Below the pieces are notes generated by a model. That model worked only from the letters and a program-made list of their open reading frames with translations. It had not been told where the DNA came from and did not search any database. Positions 36,041 to 50,732 of a stretch of DNA of 64,000 nt are shown here, one piece after another. The first letter of the stretch is position 1. Each line of letters starts with the position of its first letter. Source of the DNA: Rhizophagus irregularis (taxonomy: Eukaryota); NCBI RefSeq assembly GCF_026210795.1, contig NC_089433.1, positions 3,844,001-3,908,000 on the forward strand, read 5' to 3'. A program made the position numbers and the translations under genes.

Positions 36041-39019
36041 TTTAAATATGGGAAATAAAATTAAATAAATGAGTTACATAAAATACATTAATATATTACC
36101 CAAAATTAATTTGTATTGTTCTTTTTTATTTACTGAAAAAAAAAGTTGCACCTTCGGCAGCAATCCAATTAGCTACCGTTTCATCTAATCTTCTAATGGG
36201 ACGTGAATTAGTTTATTGTTAGCGCGTCCTTTTCGTGTAAAATAATATACTGTAATTTGTTAATAATTATTGTAGATATTGGTAATTAATCATCGGATCA
36301 TAAAAAATTCTTAATGTGGAAATAAAAATTTTTCGTAAGTAAATTATTTTACTATTATATGTTAATTTCAGTGCGTAAAAATGGTTTGAATATGGTTGAA
36401 ATTTATAATATACAATACCCACCTTTTCGCACTCTTTTTCTCAATTTAAAACATTATGAATGATGAAAAATGTCTTAAATATTTCGAATGAAAGTCAAAG
36501 TATTGGTCCCTCGTTGATTTTGACGGGTGGGCATTAAATAACATCGAACATTATCAAATGAATATTGGTCATCGTTTCTTTTACAGGCACTTAAGTGAAA
36601 TTTTACTAAAGTCAAATTCAAAACGAAAAATAAAGAAAGCAAGAGAGCTTATTAGATCAAAAAAAGTAAGTAATTTTATTGGAGTGCAAGTTTTTCCATT
36701 GGGTCTACTGAGTACTGATTCTTCAAAAGGAATCAGTTATGTACCTTCCCAAATTAAATTTACACTGGGCCAAACACGCAATTAAATTAAGATTGGGTTG
36801 GTGGGTGGGAGGGCTAAGTATTTCTTGAATATTTAAATTGTATTTTATGATTATATTTTTTTTAAAGAAATCAACTTATTGGCAGGAATTATAGTGAATA
36901 ATATCCTTTTTTTTCTCTCTGCTAAAGCTTTGGTATCAGATTCAGTACTTTTTACAAATCTTGGCTCACAATTTGAAAGTATCATCTCGGACTATATGGC
37001 TAAAGATAAACCAACTGAGATTCCAACCACATTATTCCATTCAAATGGAAGCGGATTAAAAAATCAGACTACAATGTTAAAACGTGGATCTTTCATTTTT
37101 TTTCAGATGCTTTAACATCAATTGAAGGAAAGTTTTATTTAGAATTACATAATTTTGGTTTTATTTGTATTAACAATCAAATTTTACATCAAAATCTACC
37201 AAGGAAATGCCCTGGTCTTCTACATCATCATCATCGTCATCACCACATGAGTCACAAAATCTGCAATCCATAAAAAAATTCAACAGCAACAATCACCACA
37301 CCTGTACTAGGAAAACATGACATTACTACAAAAAAATTTCAGCCAACTAAATTAACAAAATTATCAGATATTGCATCAAATGCACTCGTGGTTAGCAGGC
37401 TCGCGTGAAAAGCGGGTATCAGGCTATTTAATAATAAGTGAATTACATTAATAAATTTATATTCTCAAAATTTTATATTTCAGAGCATAGCGATCATTGT
37501 TTCGACAAATTGGACAACATAATCGCAACACATTTATGCTTGTTCACGATATTGATCATGTGGACGATCCTCACAAAGTTATGAACGTAATAAAGATATA
37601 TTCGAGACAATGGGAATTTATCGTTTATGATTTGATCAAAATCTGAAACAGATAACTAGGGTCAAGTGGGATACGCCCCTAGAGCCTAGACCCTTTCTAG
37701 CAAAGAATTACCTGAATTGAGCAAACCATTAATCATGGCTTAAGCCAGCGTCACTAAAAGTCCTATTTACGAAAAATAAATTTGTTTATTTACACATCAG
37801 ATATTAGAGACAAATTGGTGAAAGCTTTCGCTCGTGAGCTACACGTGTTCATGAACGGGTAAAATTTTACGAGGAATAGTATTCATTTCCGAATCAGAGG
37901 AATTATCCATGTTATAATTGTGGCGATTCAGTGGATCATGAAACCAGAAATAATTTACATGTGCACATGTGCACGGACTCATTTGTTCGTATACTTCAAA
38001 TTTTAAACTCAAGAACGATGCAGTTATAAAAATTCAAATGATAGTTCTTCCTTGGATAATATATAAGCTGAACATTAATGGAGAAACTCGAACAACATTG
38101 TATAACTTATATGTTAATAAGTATTAAACAGAATAAAATCAGCATGAAACAAATTTGATAGACTTCGTCTATATTGTTACATGACAAAAAAAAAACGAGG
38201 ATAATTTTTTCCTATAATAATTACGAAACATCCCTAATTACTGAAGTACGTAAATTAAAGACATATCTATGGCACAATGCTAATAATCAGAATCAACTTC
38301 AGATCATACAAGCACGAAATTTCATTTTAAATGGATAAGTGTAGATAATATTAATAGTATTGATGTATCGTATCATACCATCTTAAAAAGACAACGCTTC
38401 GCTATTACTTTGATCTTGGGGAAGCATTAACGAAATGGCATGAACTTTATATAGCATTGAAATATGGGATTTGGCAGCTCAATCTCTAGTTGCTGATGTA
38501 GCTTTTCAAAGATGTTTCGGGAGCAGTTCCTCGAAAAAGAATCGAAAGAACTCGAAAGGTTCGGCAATAAGGGTAGGACTATGCTAGGACGAGTTAAAAC
38601 TTTTTTACTATCGTCATACGGGTTGTCTAGAGGTGATATTAGATATGTAATTGCTAAAATGTTTCGTAGATAATTATTTTCGCTGTGTCAAGTTCATTCT
38701 CGAGCACCAAAGATTCTAAAGTCATTGAAATAAGTAGTTGGAACTTGGAAGCGATAAAGAAATAGTGGCTTCAAGACACTCAAAAAGTTGGTAATGATAT
38801 TATTCATTCACTCATACACATCCAGATTTGCAAAATGCAGTTTACGCGTAATAAGTTTATATTCAAAGAATATAAGCGCTGCTAAATTTTTCAAATATGT
38901 ACATAATAATAATATCTAATTAAAATTAATCTCCCAAAGTTATTTATTAAGCTTGAATTATGATTAATTTATAGGTATTACAAAAATTATTAAGTATTAA
39001 GCTATTCGTTCATTATTCG

Positions 39020-39535
39020 CTCACTTTTTTCGCTCACTTTTCGTTTACTTTTTCACTCACTTCTCCACTCGCTTCTCCACTCACTTCATCCACTTTTTCA
39101 CTCGCTTCTCCACTCACTTCATCTACTTTTTCACTCGCTTCTCCACTCACTTCATCCACTTTTTCACTCGCTTTTCCACTCACTTCATCCACTTTTTCAC
39201 TCGCTTCTTCACTCGCTTCTCCACTGAGTCCACTCACTTCTTCACTCACTTTTTCGCTCACTTTTTCGCTAACTTCTTCATTCACTTTTTCGCTCGCTTC
39301 CTCGCTAACTTCTTCATTCACTTTTTCGCTCGCTTCCTCGCTAACTTCTTCACTCACTTTTTCGATCAATTCTTCGTTAACTTTTTCACTCACTTTTTCG
39401 ATCACTTCTTCGCTAACTTCTTCACTCGCTTTTTCACTTAATTCTTCGCTAACTTCTCCACTCACTTTTTCGTTTACTTCTTCGCTCACTTCTTCGTTAA
39501 CCTCTTTACTCACTTTTTCGCTCAATTCTTCGCTT
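39020..39535 (-). repeat. Coding minisatellite (12-nt/4-aa units SEEV/SEKV/SGEA) at the TSC1 C-terminus
   Basis: Repeated CACTCACTT/CGCTTCT units; translation VSEEVSEKVNEEASEK... Confidence 0.85.
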
Positions 39536-42500
39536 ATTTTATTTTCGATCTTAGGTATCTTAGGTGGAGTGAGTGATTCAATTTTAGCCAGTAATTCTAT
39601 AATACGTGACTAATAACAAAAAAAAAAATACGAATATTTATGTTAAGTAAATTATGTAAAAAATATGTATGAAAAAATCACACACACTAAATATATACCT
39701 GTAATTCTTCGTTATGCTTTTTAACTTCATCAAATTGAGTTTCCAACTTTTTGAATTCTTTATCCCTCTTATCTCTTTCAAATGACCATATCATCATCTA
39801 AAATTATTATCCGATTAATAGAATTAATTATGAATTAAAGAATATTTCATATTTGAAAGGAAAATCATTATACTTGTTTTTCCAACGCTTTTTCAGGTCT
39901 TTCTATGTTTTTTGTAGAATTCTCCAATTGAATTTTTAGATCATCAATAACAAGAGATTGCGAACTAATAAATAAGACAAACAATCAATATATATCATCC
40001 CAATTTATGTGTCTCCACTGCTTCTCTATTTTATAAACTTGTAGAAATTCACGAAAAAAATTCCTTACCTAATGGTGGAACTTAATTGTTGAATCTCATG
40101 TTCTCCAGATTTCAACATCATTTCCATTTTATGCCAATTCCCTACTAAAGTCTCCATTAATCTTTTTTGTTCTTGAAATTTTATCGTATCAGCTTCCCTG
40201 TAATAAAAAAAATAAATAAATGAATAAATATGTTATTTCTAATTATTTTGGATCGTTAATATCGTTAATTAAAAAAAAAAAATATTAAAATATTATGAAT
40301 TAATCCCTTCTTTATTTACCATAACATAAGTTGTTTTGTCAATTGATCAATGGTGTGTTCGTACTCTGTTAATTTTTGAAGTTGGGGCTCATGTAATTTG
40401 ATTTGATTCTCAAGTGAGAAACATCTGAAGATAAAGTATTATATAGTTATCATATAATTTTCGTTGCCATTACAAGTAAATACAATACATTATTTACTTA
40501 CTTCGCACTTAACACCTCGATTTGTTTATTTTGCGCGTCTATTACAAGCTAAAAAAAAAAGATGAAATAGTAAAATCATTAATTTAAATCATTCAAAAAC
40601 CCGTAAATATATTTTCAAATACGTTAAAGATTCTTCTTACCTTAGATTCGCTTAATTCTTGTTCTAATTTATCTAAAACACTCTTCCATTCTTTTTTCTC
40701 GTTTTTATATTGTTTCAATTTATTATTTAATTCATTCTCCCATTGAACGTGTTTCTTTTTTGTATTAGCAGTTTCAGTTTTTTGTCTATCAAACGCGGCT
40801 TGAGTTTGTGATAATTGTGATTTTAATATTTTACATGTATTATATAAATTTTGTCTTTCAGCTTCAACTGTACTATCTAATATATGATCACGATGTAATC
40901 TACCAATATGTTGAAGATGTTGTTGTTTAAGATAAAGTTCAAAATTTAATTCATTCCTCAAAAGCATTATTTCACGTTGTAAATATGCCACACTCGCTTG
41001 CGTGTTTGTAGTGTTTGTAGTCGGTGGTGATTCATTTTCAGGTGGCGAAGTAGGATGATTAACAGTTAGAAAATTTGAATATGATATTATCCTGGATGCC
41101 TGAAATAAAATTATTTTTTTTTAAAAATTTTTTTTTAATAATTTTTGTAAAAATAATTTTAATTTTAAGATATAAACTAAAGTAAAATGATATAGACTTA
41201 AGTAAAATCCACTTACCCAAGGATCATCCCCTACAACAATATCAGCACCACTTTTAAGAGCCTGATGAACATCCATAATTTCATGTATAGAAATTGCTTG
41301 TGAAGGACGTCTTGCTTTTTGAGTTTTCTTTTCAATTATTTTAGTATCAGCTTCTTCTAACACTATTTTAGTTAGATTTTCCAATTCATTTGAATTATTT
41401 GAATTAGAAGAAGCATTCTCCATATCATAACTAACGCATTCGGCAACTACATCAGCAGGTTCAAGTTTCATCCATCTTGATGTATCTGAAAGTTCTTTCT
41501 CTGAATCGCTCATTATAAGATTTGGGTGAAGTGTATGAATTCGTAATAATGACTAAAATAAAATTTTTTTTTTAAAAAAAAAAATAATAAAATGGAAAAG
41601 AAATAAAGTTTAAAGTCTTTAATTTATTACCATACTTCTCGCTCTTATAATATCATCATCAAATTTTTCAATTAAAGGAACATTATTCATCTCTTTAATC
41701 CAACCAGAAGGATCTTTTAAAAATTTTACAGTATTACATGGAAACATTCCATACAAAAATGTAAAAAGTTGCTTACAACTTGGTGGACTTGATGGTGCAT
41801 TATCAAAAGTCGAATCTGTAAAAAAAAAAATCAAAAAAAAAAATTTTTTTTTAAAAGATATTAAATAGAAAATAAATATGCATATTTTAAATTAAAGTTT
41901 ACCACATCGATTCCAATCTACAACATTCAACTTTTCTGATGTTTTTTGATCATCATCATCATCGTCGTCGTCGTCATCACTTTCCACAATCTCATCAGGA
42001 AAATCAACGGGTCTCGAAATATGTTTATCCCAACATATAATCCTGCTAAATATAATATACAGTCCAGGAAGATAAGTAGTAACAGATATACATATATGAG
42101 GTAATAACATAATTAAAGTAGTTAGTGAAAGGGAAATCAAAGTTGTGGATGTATCCCGCTATAATTTTTAAATATACAAATAAAAATTATTAAAAATCAA
42201 CTAAAAAAAACACTAAAAATTCAAAAGAACGGTACCTGAAGTGAGGTTAATAAAGAATCAAGAAGTGGAGTCTCTAATATTTGATGAATATGTAAATTCT
42301 GGAAAAAAATAAATAAATAAAGGATTAAAATATAAAAGTAATAAAAAATAAATAAAATAAAATAAAAAATAAAATATAAACCTGTTTTCTTATAAATTCA
42401 CCAAATAATGTTAAGACTTGTAGCCTATAAGTACTTTGAACAAAATATGAATTTAATAAAATAAAAAATTCCTAACATAAAAAAATATATATATATATAT

Positions 42501-43113
42501 ATATGATTTAATAAAAATTAATAAAAATAAATATTATATAATTTTTAAATTTATTTTATATTACCTTTGTTTCAACAGCACCAAATTCTCTCAATAAACT
42601 ATCTAAATTACGACACCAAAATGCATGAGTCTGTTCTCCTACTGTTCCATCATCTCCTCCAGCAGCTATCCCTACACTACTAGATTCTTTTAAATATAAT
42701 TCAAGTATTTCCTTTCTAAATTCCTTAACCTTATCGGTTTCACATGTTAATACATCTTTAACTAATCCTTTTACTTGTTCTACAATATCCTTTGGTTGTA
42801 AAGGTGAATGTAATACATGAATTAATACACTATTCCACCAATCAGATATTATAATATCAGGTCCTAATATGGGTAATAAAGCTTTTAAACATTTTAGAAA
42901 ACTACAAAATTTATTTGGAAAATCTTTTATAGTATTATATAATTGAAGTAATTCTGAAGAAATTTTTTTAATTTTATCAGCTTTTTGTTGTTCGACGTTA
43001 GATTCTTGTGTCGTTATAAAATTTTCAATCGAATCTATTATAGGTTGAACGTTTGCATTTGATGAGTTAACTACGGTCGAAATATTTTTTAAAATGTCTT
43101 TTAACGTTGCCAT
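39034..43113 (-). CDS. TSC1: Hamartin (TSC1), multi-exon
   Basis: Hamartin motif LFTFLYGMFPCNTVKFL; LQREIMLLRNELNFELYLKQQHLQHIGRL coiled coil; first exon 43113-42565; canonical GT-AG introns; acidic repeat tail. Confidence 0.9.
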
Positions 43114-44606
43114 TTTAAAATAAATACAAGAATAAAATAATTAATATCAATATTTTTAATTTCTATAAAAAATATTACAAAATTTATAAAGTAAGAAAAT
43201 GAGGAAAAATTTTTCTTTTATTGCATTTTGGAGATTGATGATCGTATACTGAAGTGGTAAATGATGTAATACCACGTGATCGTGACCGAAACCAGTAAAA
43301 CGTAATCTAATAGTAACAAGTCAGGAAAGATCATCCGATTAAAAACCTTTAGGGAGGGATTTTTTTCATAGGATGAAATTCTAAAATAGCTAGGATCGAA
43401 TACTATTCAATAATTTCGGTTCAAATTTTCTATTCGTGACATTGATTACTATTCAATAATTTCGGTTCAAATTTCTACACGCGACTTTGAATAATTTCTT
43501 TTCATACCAAAAAAATTCTGTACTGTAAGTACAAATACGAAAATTTATATTTCCAATATCCATCAATAATAGCAAGAATGATGAATTAGCAAGACTGATG
43601 AATTTATTGATAAATTTAATACCATCAAAAGGTTATTTCATTTAATAATAATATTTAATAATAATAACATTTTAAAAGTGTTTTAATTATTTAAATATAC
43701 CTTATTAATTATCAGATCTGACCTTTTTTTAATACTGTATGTCCGATCAGATAAACTCATAAGTTCTTCCAGAACATTCTTTACAACAGTACAATAATGG
43801 AAATAATGAAATAAAATAATTTTCACAAAAAAAAAAATATAGCTTTTGGAGCAATGCTTTGTATACTTTTTTTTATACACGATTAAAAAAATTCTTTTTT
43901 TTTTCCTTTTTTTAATAATAAATAATATTATTATCATAAATTGTATAGTTTGTATATATATAATTTTTTTTAAAATTTAAAATTTTTAAAATATAATTAA
44001 AATAAAAAAAAAAAAAATAAAAAAATAAATCCAATTCTTAAAAAAAAAATATCATCATTTGTTGTGTTCTTTAGAAAAACGAAAATTTTTGTGCCATTAG
44101 TTTTTTTAAAAAGTACGAAAAAGTTTGCCTGTTCCCTCTCCTCTCTAATTAATATATACATATATATTACCGATATACGAAATATTTACATTATAATTTT
44201 TTTTTTTTTTTTTTTTTGAAATATTAAAAATTAAATAAAAGATATAAAGCTTTTGATACTTAAAATAATAAATAAAAAATTCATCATAATTAATATAATG
44301 GGAAGTAATACTTAACTAAATTAATTGCATAAATAATATTTTCATGGGAAATTTCTATATATATTATATACATACTTTTAATTTTTTCTTTTCTTTTTAA
44401 AAAAAAATCTACGAGAAAACTTATCATAAGTGTGGGATGGGAGGGAGGCATTAAAAAAAAAAAAATCGTTATCACGAGAATATAGTATATTTAGTATATC
44501 AAAATAATTAAATACGTAATATAACGAAAACGAAATTTACTATAATCGATTTTATAGAATTATGTTCGGTTCTAATTTATTTGATTTTTGATTTTTAAAA
44601 AAAAAA

Positions 44607-45718
44607 TTAATATCCCCATGTCACTGGGTGTGATAAAAGAGGATTAGTCGCTCTATCCGAATTTGGAGCGTTACGGGGTGACGATGGGGTAGACGCAGTT
44701 GAATCAGTTGGAGTAGGAGGATTGTTGTAATAATCCTGATATTTTTTAAGCATGTAAAAATCGTTTGTTTTTTGAGATGGTGATGGTAATGAAGCGAAAG
44801 TTGAAATTTTTTCCTGAACAGCAGGAAGATTTAAAGGAGGTAGTTTAATCGGATGTTGATTATCTATCAACATTGCATTAGAGTCAAGTGGGTTTTCTAA
44901 ATCCGGAGCGGGAGGAAGTAAGACTTCAATTCCCGAAGATACATTAACAATTGACATTGAGTTTTTTTTTCGGGAAGTTCGATTAGGTGTTGGTAAAGCC
45001 ATACGATTTTGCGAAGAATTATGAGAATTATGTGTATTAAAAATATGGCCAAATTGTTGATTCAATTCAGTAATTGGAGGTAAGGTTGTTTTATTATTTA
45101 ACATATTAGGAGAATCCATTTCGGAGACTTGCATGGTTGTCACATGATTTCTATGCATGGTCACGGGGTAAATTGGAATAGGTTTTCGCAAAATTGGTAA
45201 TTGTTGTGTTTCTACGGGAACATTAATATCTCGAGAATACGTACCTAAGATTTTGTCACAAAAAAAGAATTAATTTAAAGAAATAATTTTTATTTTTTAT
45301 TTTTTTACATACTTAAATATTTACCATGGGTATATCTTTCCCGCGAACGTGATATAGGGATACCATGTGACTGAGAAGCATCAGTGGTAATCCCAGTATC
45401 ATCATCAATGATAACAATCGGGGCATTAGCGGGTATGATCGGCACAGAGCGAACGGCAGGACGGGTATTACCATGAGCAAGCATCTGTTCAATTTGACTT
45501 CGAAGATTTGGATTTTCCTGCAGAACATTTTCTATTCTACGAGCTGGACTCTTGATCACTTCAACGTTTCCATTACGTGGACCTCTTTTCTTTGCGGTTC
45601 CAGTGAATTCACAACGTTGACCAGCTCTTATACAGTTAGTGCAAGGAGAAATCCCTGTACATTTTACTTTTTTTTTCTGACATGCCTTGCATGCCACGGT
45701 CACTTTGGACCTGTTCAT
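44607..45718 (-). CDS. Zn(II)2Cys6 transcription factor (343 aa)
   Basis: ACKACQKKKVKCTGISPCTNCIRAGQRC matches the binuclear cluster pattern; join(45718-45325, 45244-44607) stays in frame; P/S-rich C-terminus. Confidence 0.9.
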
Positions 45719-45798
45719 TAAGATAAAGTTCTAAAAATAAAATATAAAAAATAAAAATAAAAAAAAATTAAAAATAAATAAGAATAATGATAAAAATA

Positions 45799-45829
<31 letters not shown>

Positions 45830-48800
45830 GAAAATATAATTTTATAAGTAAAAAAAAAAAAAAATCTAAATGATTTTTTTAAATCTTTTTTTTTTTTTTC
45901 TATATAAAAAAGTGTGACAGAAAGATTTATTATATTATATTATTAAAAATAATATTTTGGTTGTACCGGCAAAACTCCTTAGAGGGTTCGACCGAGAGTT
46001 TTAAAACAGATTGGAAAAAAAGGTACCCAAACTGGTGAAGAAGGGAAGGAAACCAGTGAATAACGTATGAATAAAGAGGATTAATTATGAAAAAAGAACT
46101 TTGAACAAAAAACCAATTTTGCTAACAGTCAGTCACATAAATAAGACTGACAAAATAAGTCAAAAATTAAAATGGGATAGTAAAATAAAAGTGGTGTAAC
46201 TTAATTGGCACCAGACATTGGCAAATAGAAGGTAATACAATTTGTTTGTATATTTCAATATTTTACCAATATTTACCATGTGTGTATCATGGTTCCCCAT
46301 TCCTTTGTGATCAAAACAAATTCCAAAAATGGAAAGATGTAACATATGTAACTGCGCCCCAACTCGCAAAAACTAAATACTTTTCTGGTGGGGGAAAATC
46401 TTATATTTCCCAAGATATCTTGTATACAAGTTAAAGTTTTAAATTTTTCCTGGGTCCTGGTTGTACCAGTGTCGGACTAATATTAAACTTTAACCAAAAT
46501 TGATAATTTGGGTCGTACAACAAGAATAATACGTTACAACACGTCATCAAACGTATCATACGATCGGTTTAATTGGATAATTCAAAGATCTGAATGAGTC
46601 AAAGATATTATTGTTAAAAAAAAAAAATTGCATAAAAGAAATGCAAAAATTGTATAAATATTTTGAAGATTGCTTAATAGAAAAAAAGTTCGACCGTATT
46701 TGATTCCGTCATTTCCGCGATACATGAATCAAAAATGTAATAATGGAATATCGGGAATAAACAAACAATAATGCTATTAATACCGGTTAAACATTTAGTA
46801 CTCAATTTTTGAGGGGTAATAAAGAAATTATAAATAATAATGCAAAAAATCTATTATGAAAAAAAAAAAAAAAAAATTTTTTCCTTTGATATTGATTGCA
46901 TATAACCCCTTATTTATTAATAATCACATTGAATGGTTTAAACGTGGCAAACATTATGATTTGGATGGGCGACATGAATTTAAAATACAATGTTGTATTA
47001 AATAAAATAATGTAAATAACGCCAATCCAAATACGGCAAAGCCCGTAATTTTATTTTACTGCGCCACACAATAATTTAATCATTCGACACATTGTTGTTT
47101 TGTTTGTGTATTTGGGCGCAAAATTTTATATGTATTATTATTTTGTGTTCATTATTTTTTTTTTGTGATCAGGCGGGGCAAAAGATATACAAGGATAAAA
47201 AAAATACAAATACCGATTTGATTAAATAACTACTCATCGATGTTTTGTCTACAATCATATTTTTCCGTTTTATACCGTCAATCAATTTTTATTAATTTTC
47301 TTCATTTACAAATATAAAAAAAAAACATTGACGCATAAATATTGATGCGTTACCGTTTAAATATATTCGGTAACAAATAAATTTTTTTTAAAGGGCTTGT
47401 CCTACTTTTTGATGGCAAATAGAGAATTTCATTTAAAGTTAAACGCCCAATCTGATACATTAAGGGGCTAAGCCCCAACAAAAACAAAAATGTCATTAGA
47501 AAAAAATGTCATGCTTATAAAATGAATTTTATTGGATAATTTTGGTACATCATTATCTTTTCAAAACAATAAAGTAAATGAACAATAGTTAATTTCATTC
47601 ATTATTCTTTTTAATTTTTTTTTTTTTTATATTATAATACGGAAAAACTCGAATAAAACAAATTATTATAAATTTGATGTAATTCATTTCTAACTTTGAC
47701 ATGATCGGTTCGTGTTTTTCTCGGTTCGGAATAAATATTTTTTCTTCAGTATTCCAAAAAAGGAAATCGTGGAAAAAAGTTTTTTTTTTTGGCGCCAAAA
47801 TTCATATTTTGGAAATTTGTGTAGATCCAATCGCAAGGTTTCATAAGTGATCTATAGATTAAAATTAAAATGTCATCAGTCGTACTATAGAGTTACATTA
47901 CATGGATTACGTTACATTGTTACGTAATTCAATTTACCTACATGCCATTGTATTTTTTTTTTGCATTTTCTTCCAATTAAAGTATTTATCTTATGAAAGA
48001 AAATGATTAATATTTTAATTTCTCGATTGTAACCGAAAAATTTTTTTTTTACAATGAATCCATAAACAGTTAAACCTTTTTATTACATTTTTGTGTAATG
48101 TAAAATTTTTATGAGAATTAAACTTTAATTTTTTTCTGTACAATGAAAAAAAAGATTCTTTCATATATATAATTAATTAATTCCCTAATCCCTACTTTTT
48201 TCCGAATTATTATAATCAAAAGTTAAATAACAAATAATTGCACAAAATATTAACATTAAAATATTATTTGTTCTTACTATATTTACTATGAGATTCCTAA
48301 ACTGAATAGCTGGGAAAGGTTTATACAATTTAAGAAATTTTTGGAATTCCGGAATCCCATAATATTTTAATTGTATAATAAAAAAACAATTGATTAAGGT
48401 AATATGGCGTCAAATATAATGAATATTCGTCCATTATTAATAAATTTACACAAATTTGACAAATTCGTTTTAATGTTTCTACGCCCAACCGTCCAATTAT
48501 GTAATTTGAATTATTTAAAATTTAACTGGTTTGTATTATGTGGCCTGACTATAGCGTGACCAAAACAAATATACAAAAAAAGTTAATTCTGGTTGGTTGA
48601 ATAATTAAAAATTAGCCATATTAAACCTTTTTACAAAGAGAAAATAAAAACTCCCATGATTTTCATATCAAATTTAGTTTTTTCTGCACACATCTTTTGT
48701 ACTATGTTGATAATCATTAATCCATTAATCCTTTGTCCCTGCGCGTTCTGCGCATCCTGCGCTCCTCTTAACCTTTTATTTTTAAAGAAGGAATTGACGA

Positions 48801-48865
48801 ATTAAAAATATTCTTTCCTCTTTTTAATGAATTGAAAATTTTACTTTTTGACATTTATTATACAA

Positions 48866-48898
<33 letters not shown>

Positions 48899-48930
48899 CA
48901 AACAAACAAATAATCATTATATTTTATAAA

Positions 48931-48996
<66 letters not shown>
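48931..48996. repeat. (TAT)n microsatellite, ~22 units
   Basis: Perfect TAT run; a shorter run lies at ~48868-48895. Confidence 0.95.
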
Positions 48997-48997
<1 letters not shown>

Positions 48998-49502
48998 TGC
49001 GTTTTGCGCCACGTTTTACATCATTATTTCTCGTCTCTATTGTTTAACAATTTTTAATTGGTTTCCTAAATATTGCAAATATTATTAATTTTAATTGTAG
49101 TAGATCTTAGTCTTTTGAATAAATAAAAATATCGGAAAAACTCACGTTTTTCCCAAATTAAGAAATGTATTAATAATTAATTACTTTTATTAATCATTAA
49201 TTACCTCATAATTTATCTCTTAAACTGTTAATATAAAATAATGACTAAAATTACAATGAGAAATGTATATAGTTGACGCACATGTTTGCATGTGTTTTGT
49301 TATAAACATTCCAAATTTAGTTACTTTTACATTGTAATTCTTAAAATAAAGCATCGTAATCACATAATGCATTGCATCCCTTTCAATTTTGTTTCATTAG
49401 TCAAATTGATCAATTATCATTTGTCAAAAAATTTTTTTTTTTATCGCCTATTAGTGATTAGTGTGACAAATTGTAAATCCTAAAATCTCGCCAAGAATAT
49501 AC

Positions 49503-49557
49503 ATTTAATGTTGATTTAATTTTGATTTAATGTTGATTTAATGTTGATTTAATGTTG
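49503..49557. repeat. 11-bp tandem repeat (ATTTAATGTTG) x5
   Basis: Read directly; one unit has a mismatch. Confidence 0.85.
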
Positions 49558-49937
49558 GTAAAAATATTAAAATTATCACATATGATGTGACATTTAATTT
49601 TTATTAGTGTTTGATTTGCTTTGATTTGCAAATTTACGATAAAATTAACAAACTGTCAATTAATAAACAAATAATAAATATTAGTAAACAATATATTTAT
49701 GGTAAAAAAATATATATATAAATTCAGTGGTTTAACATTTGCATAGTAATAATAAATAAATGATTAAATGATTGTTAATTTTATGAAATTTATTATTAGC
49801 TTTATGAACGTAGCTTTATTGGATGTAGCTTTATTAAATTCATTATTAGATTTTATTAATTTATTATTAGTTTTATTAACTTATTATCAGCTTTTATTAA
49901 TTTTTATAATTTTTTATTAACTTTATTAAATTTATTA

Positions 49938-50319
49938 TGGAGGTTGAAACCGTCAAAAAACCCCTTAACCGGTTAATTAATCGGTTAATATGAAAAATAT
50001 TTAAAAATTTTTTTTTGCTGAAAATTGTACCGATTTTTGATTTTACCTACACATTTAGTTGAAAGAAGATTATTTTTCATCAATACCATTATTAATAAAT
50101 AGGAAAACGTACGAACTGGCCGGGGTTAATGCTAACGCTGTCTCGTGCAAGTGCATAACTCCAAAACTAGGGCCAGTTCGTACGTTAATATCATACACTC
50201 CCACTGTACGTTAAGGACGCCCATTAAAAACTTCGAGTTTGGGAACACACACGACTGAAATCAAGTAAATCTGAACAGAATTATGGATTTATGGTCAAAA
50301 TAGTTTTAACCAACCTCTA
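49938..50319. mobile_element. hAT-type MITE
   Basis: 8-bp TSD ATTTATTA (49930-49937, 50320-50327); termini TGGAGGTTG / CAACCTCTA; interrupts a degenerate TTTATTAA tract. Confidence 0.7.
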
Positions 50320-50732
50320 ATTTATTAATAGTTTTTATTTAAATTTATTAAATTGTTAAATTCATTACTGTATTAGTTCGTTGCTTTATTAAATCATTAT
50401 TAGTTTCGTGGATGTAGCTTTTGTTAAATTTATTAGTTTTTATTAAATTTATTATTAACTTTTATTAATTTATTATCGTTATTAGCTTTTATTAAATTTA
50501 TTAATTTTAGGCCATACAAACTTTGATTTTATGGTTTTCATAATATAAAAATTTCATCAATAACACGGCAACCCGGCTTTTTAATTTTTTCTTCAAAAAT
50601 TTTATGTGAAATTTTTTTTTTACAAAAACTGACCCGGCCGGACTATGAAACCCATTTTTTACCACTTTGTGTCGCCTTATTATTTTAAGCTTTATAAAAT
50701 TTGTTAATTTATTTACGTGTTCTTCAATTCTG

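Noticed and set aside
36500..38800. Possible transposase relic (CFRQIGQHNRNT near 37500) and hairpin + CTAG near 37660-37700
   Set aside because: Similarity too weak to assign without a search.
48832..49047. Poly-Tyr/Leu ORF
   Set aside because: Translation of the TAT microsatellite.
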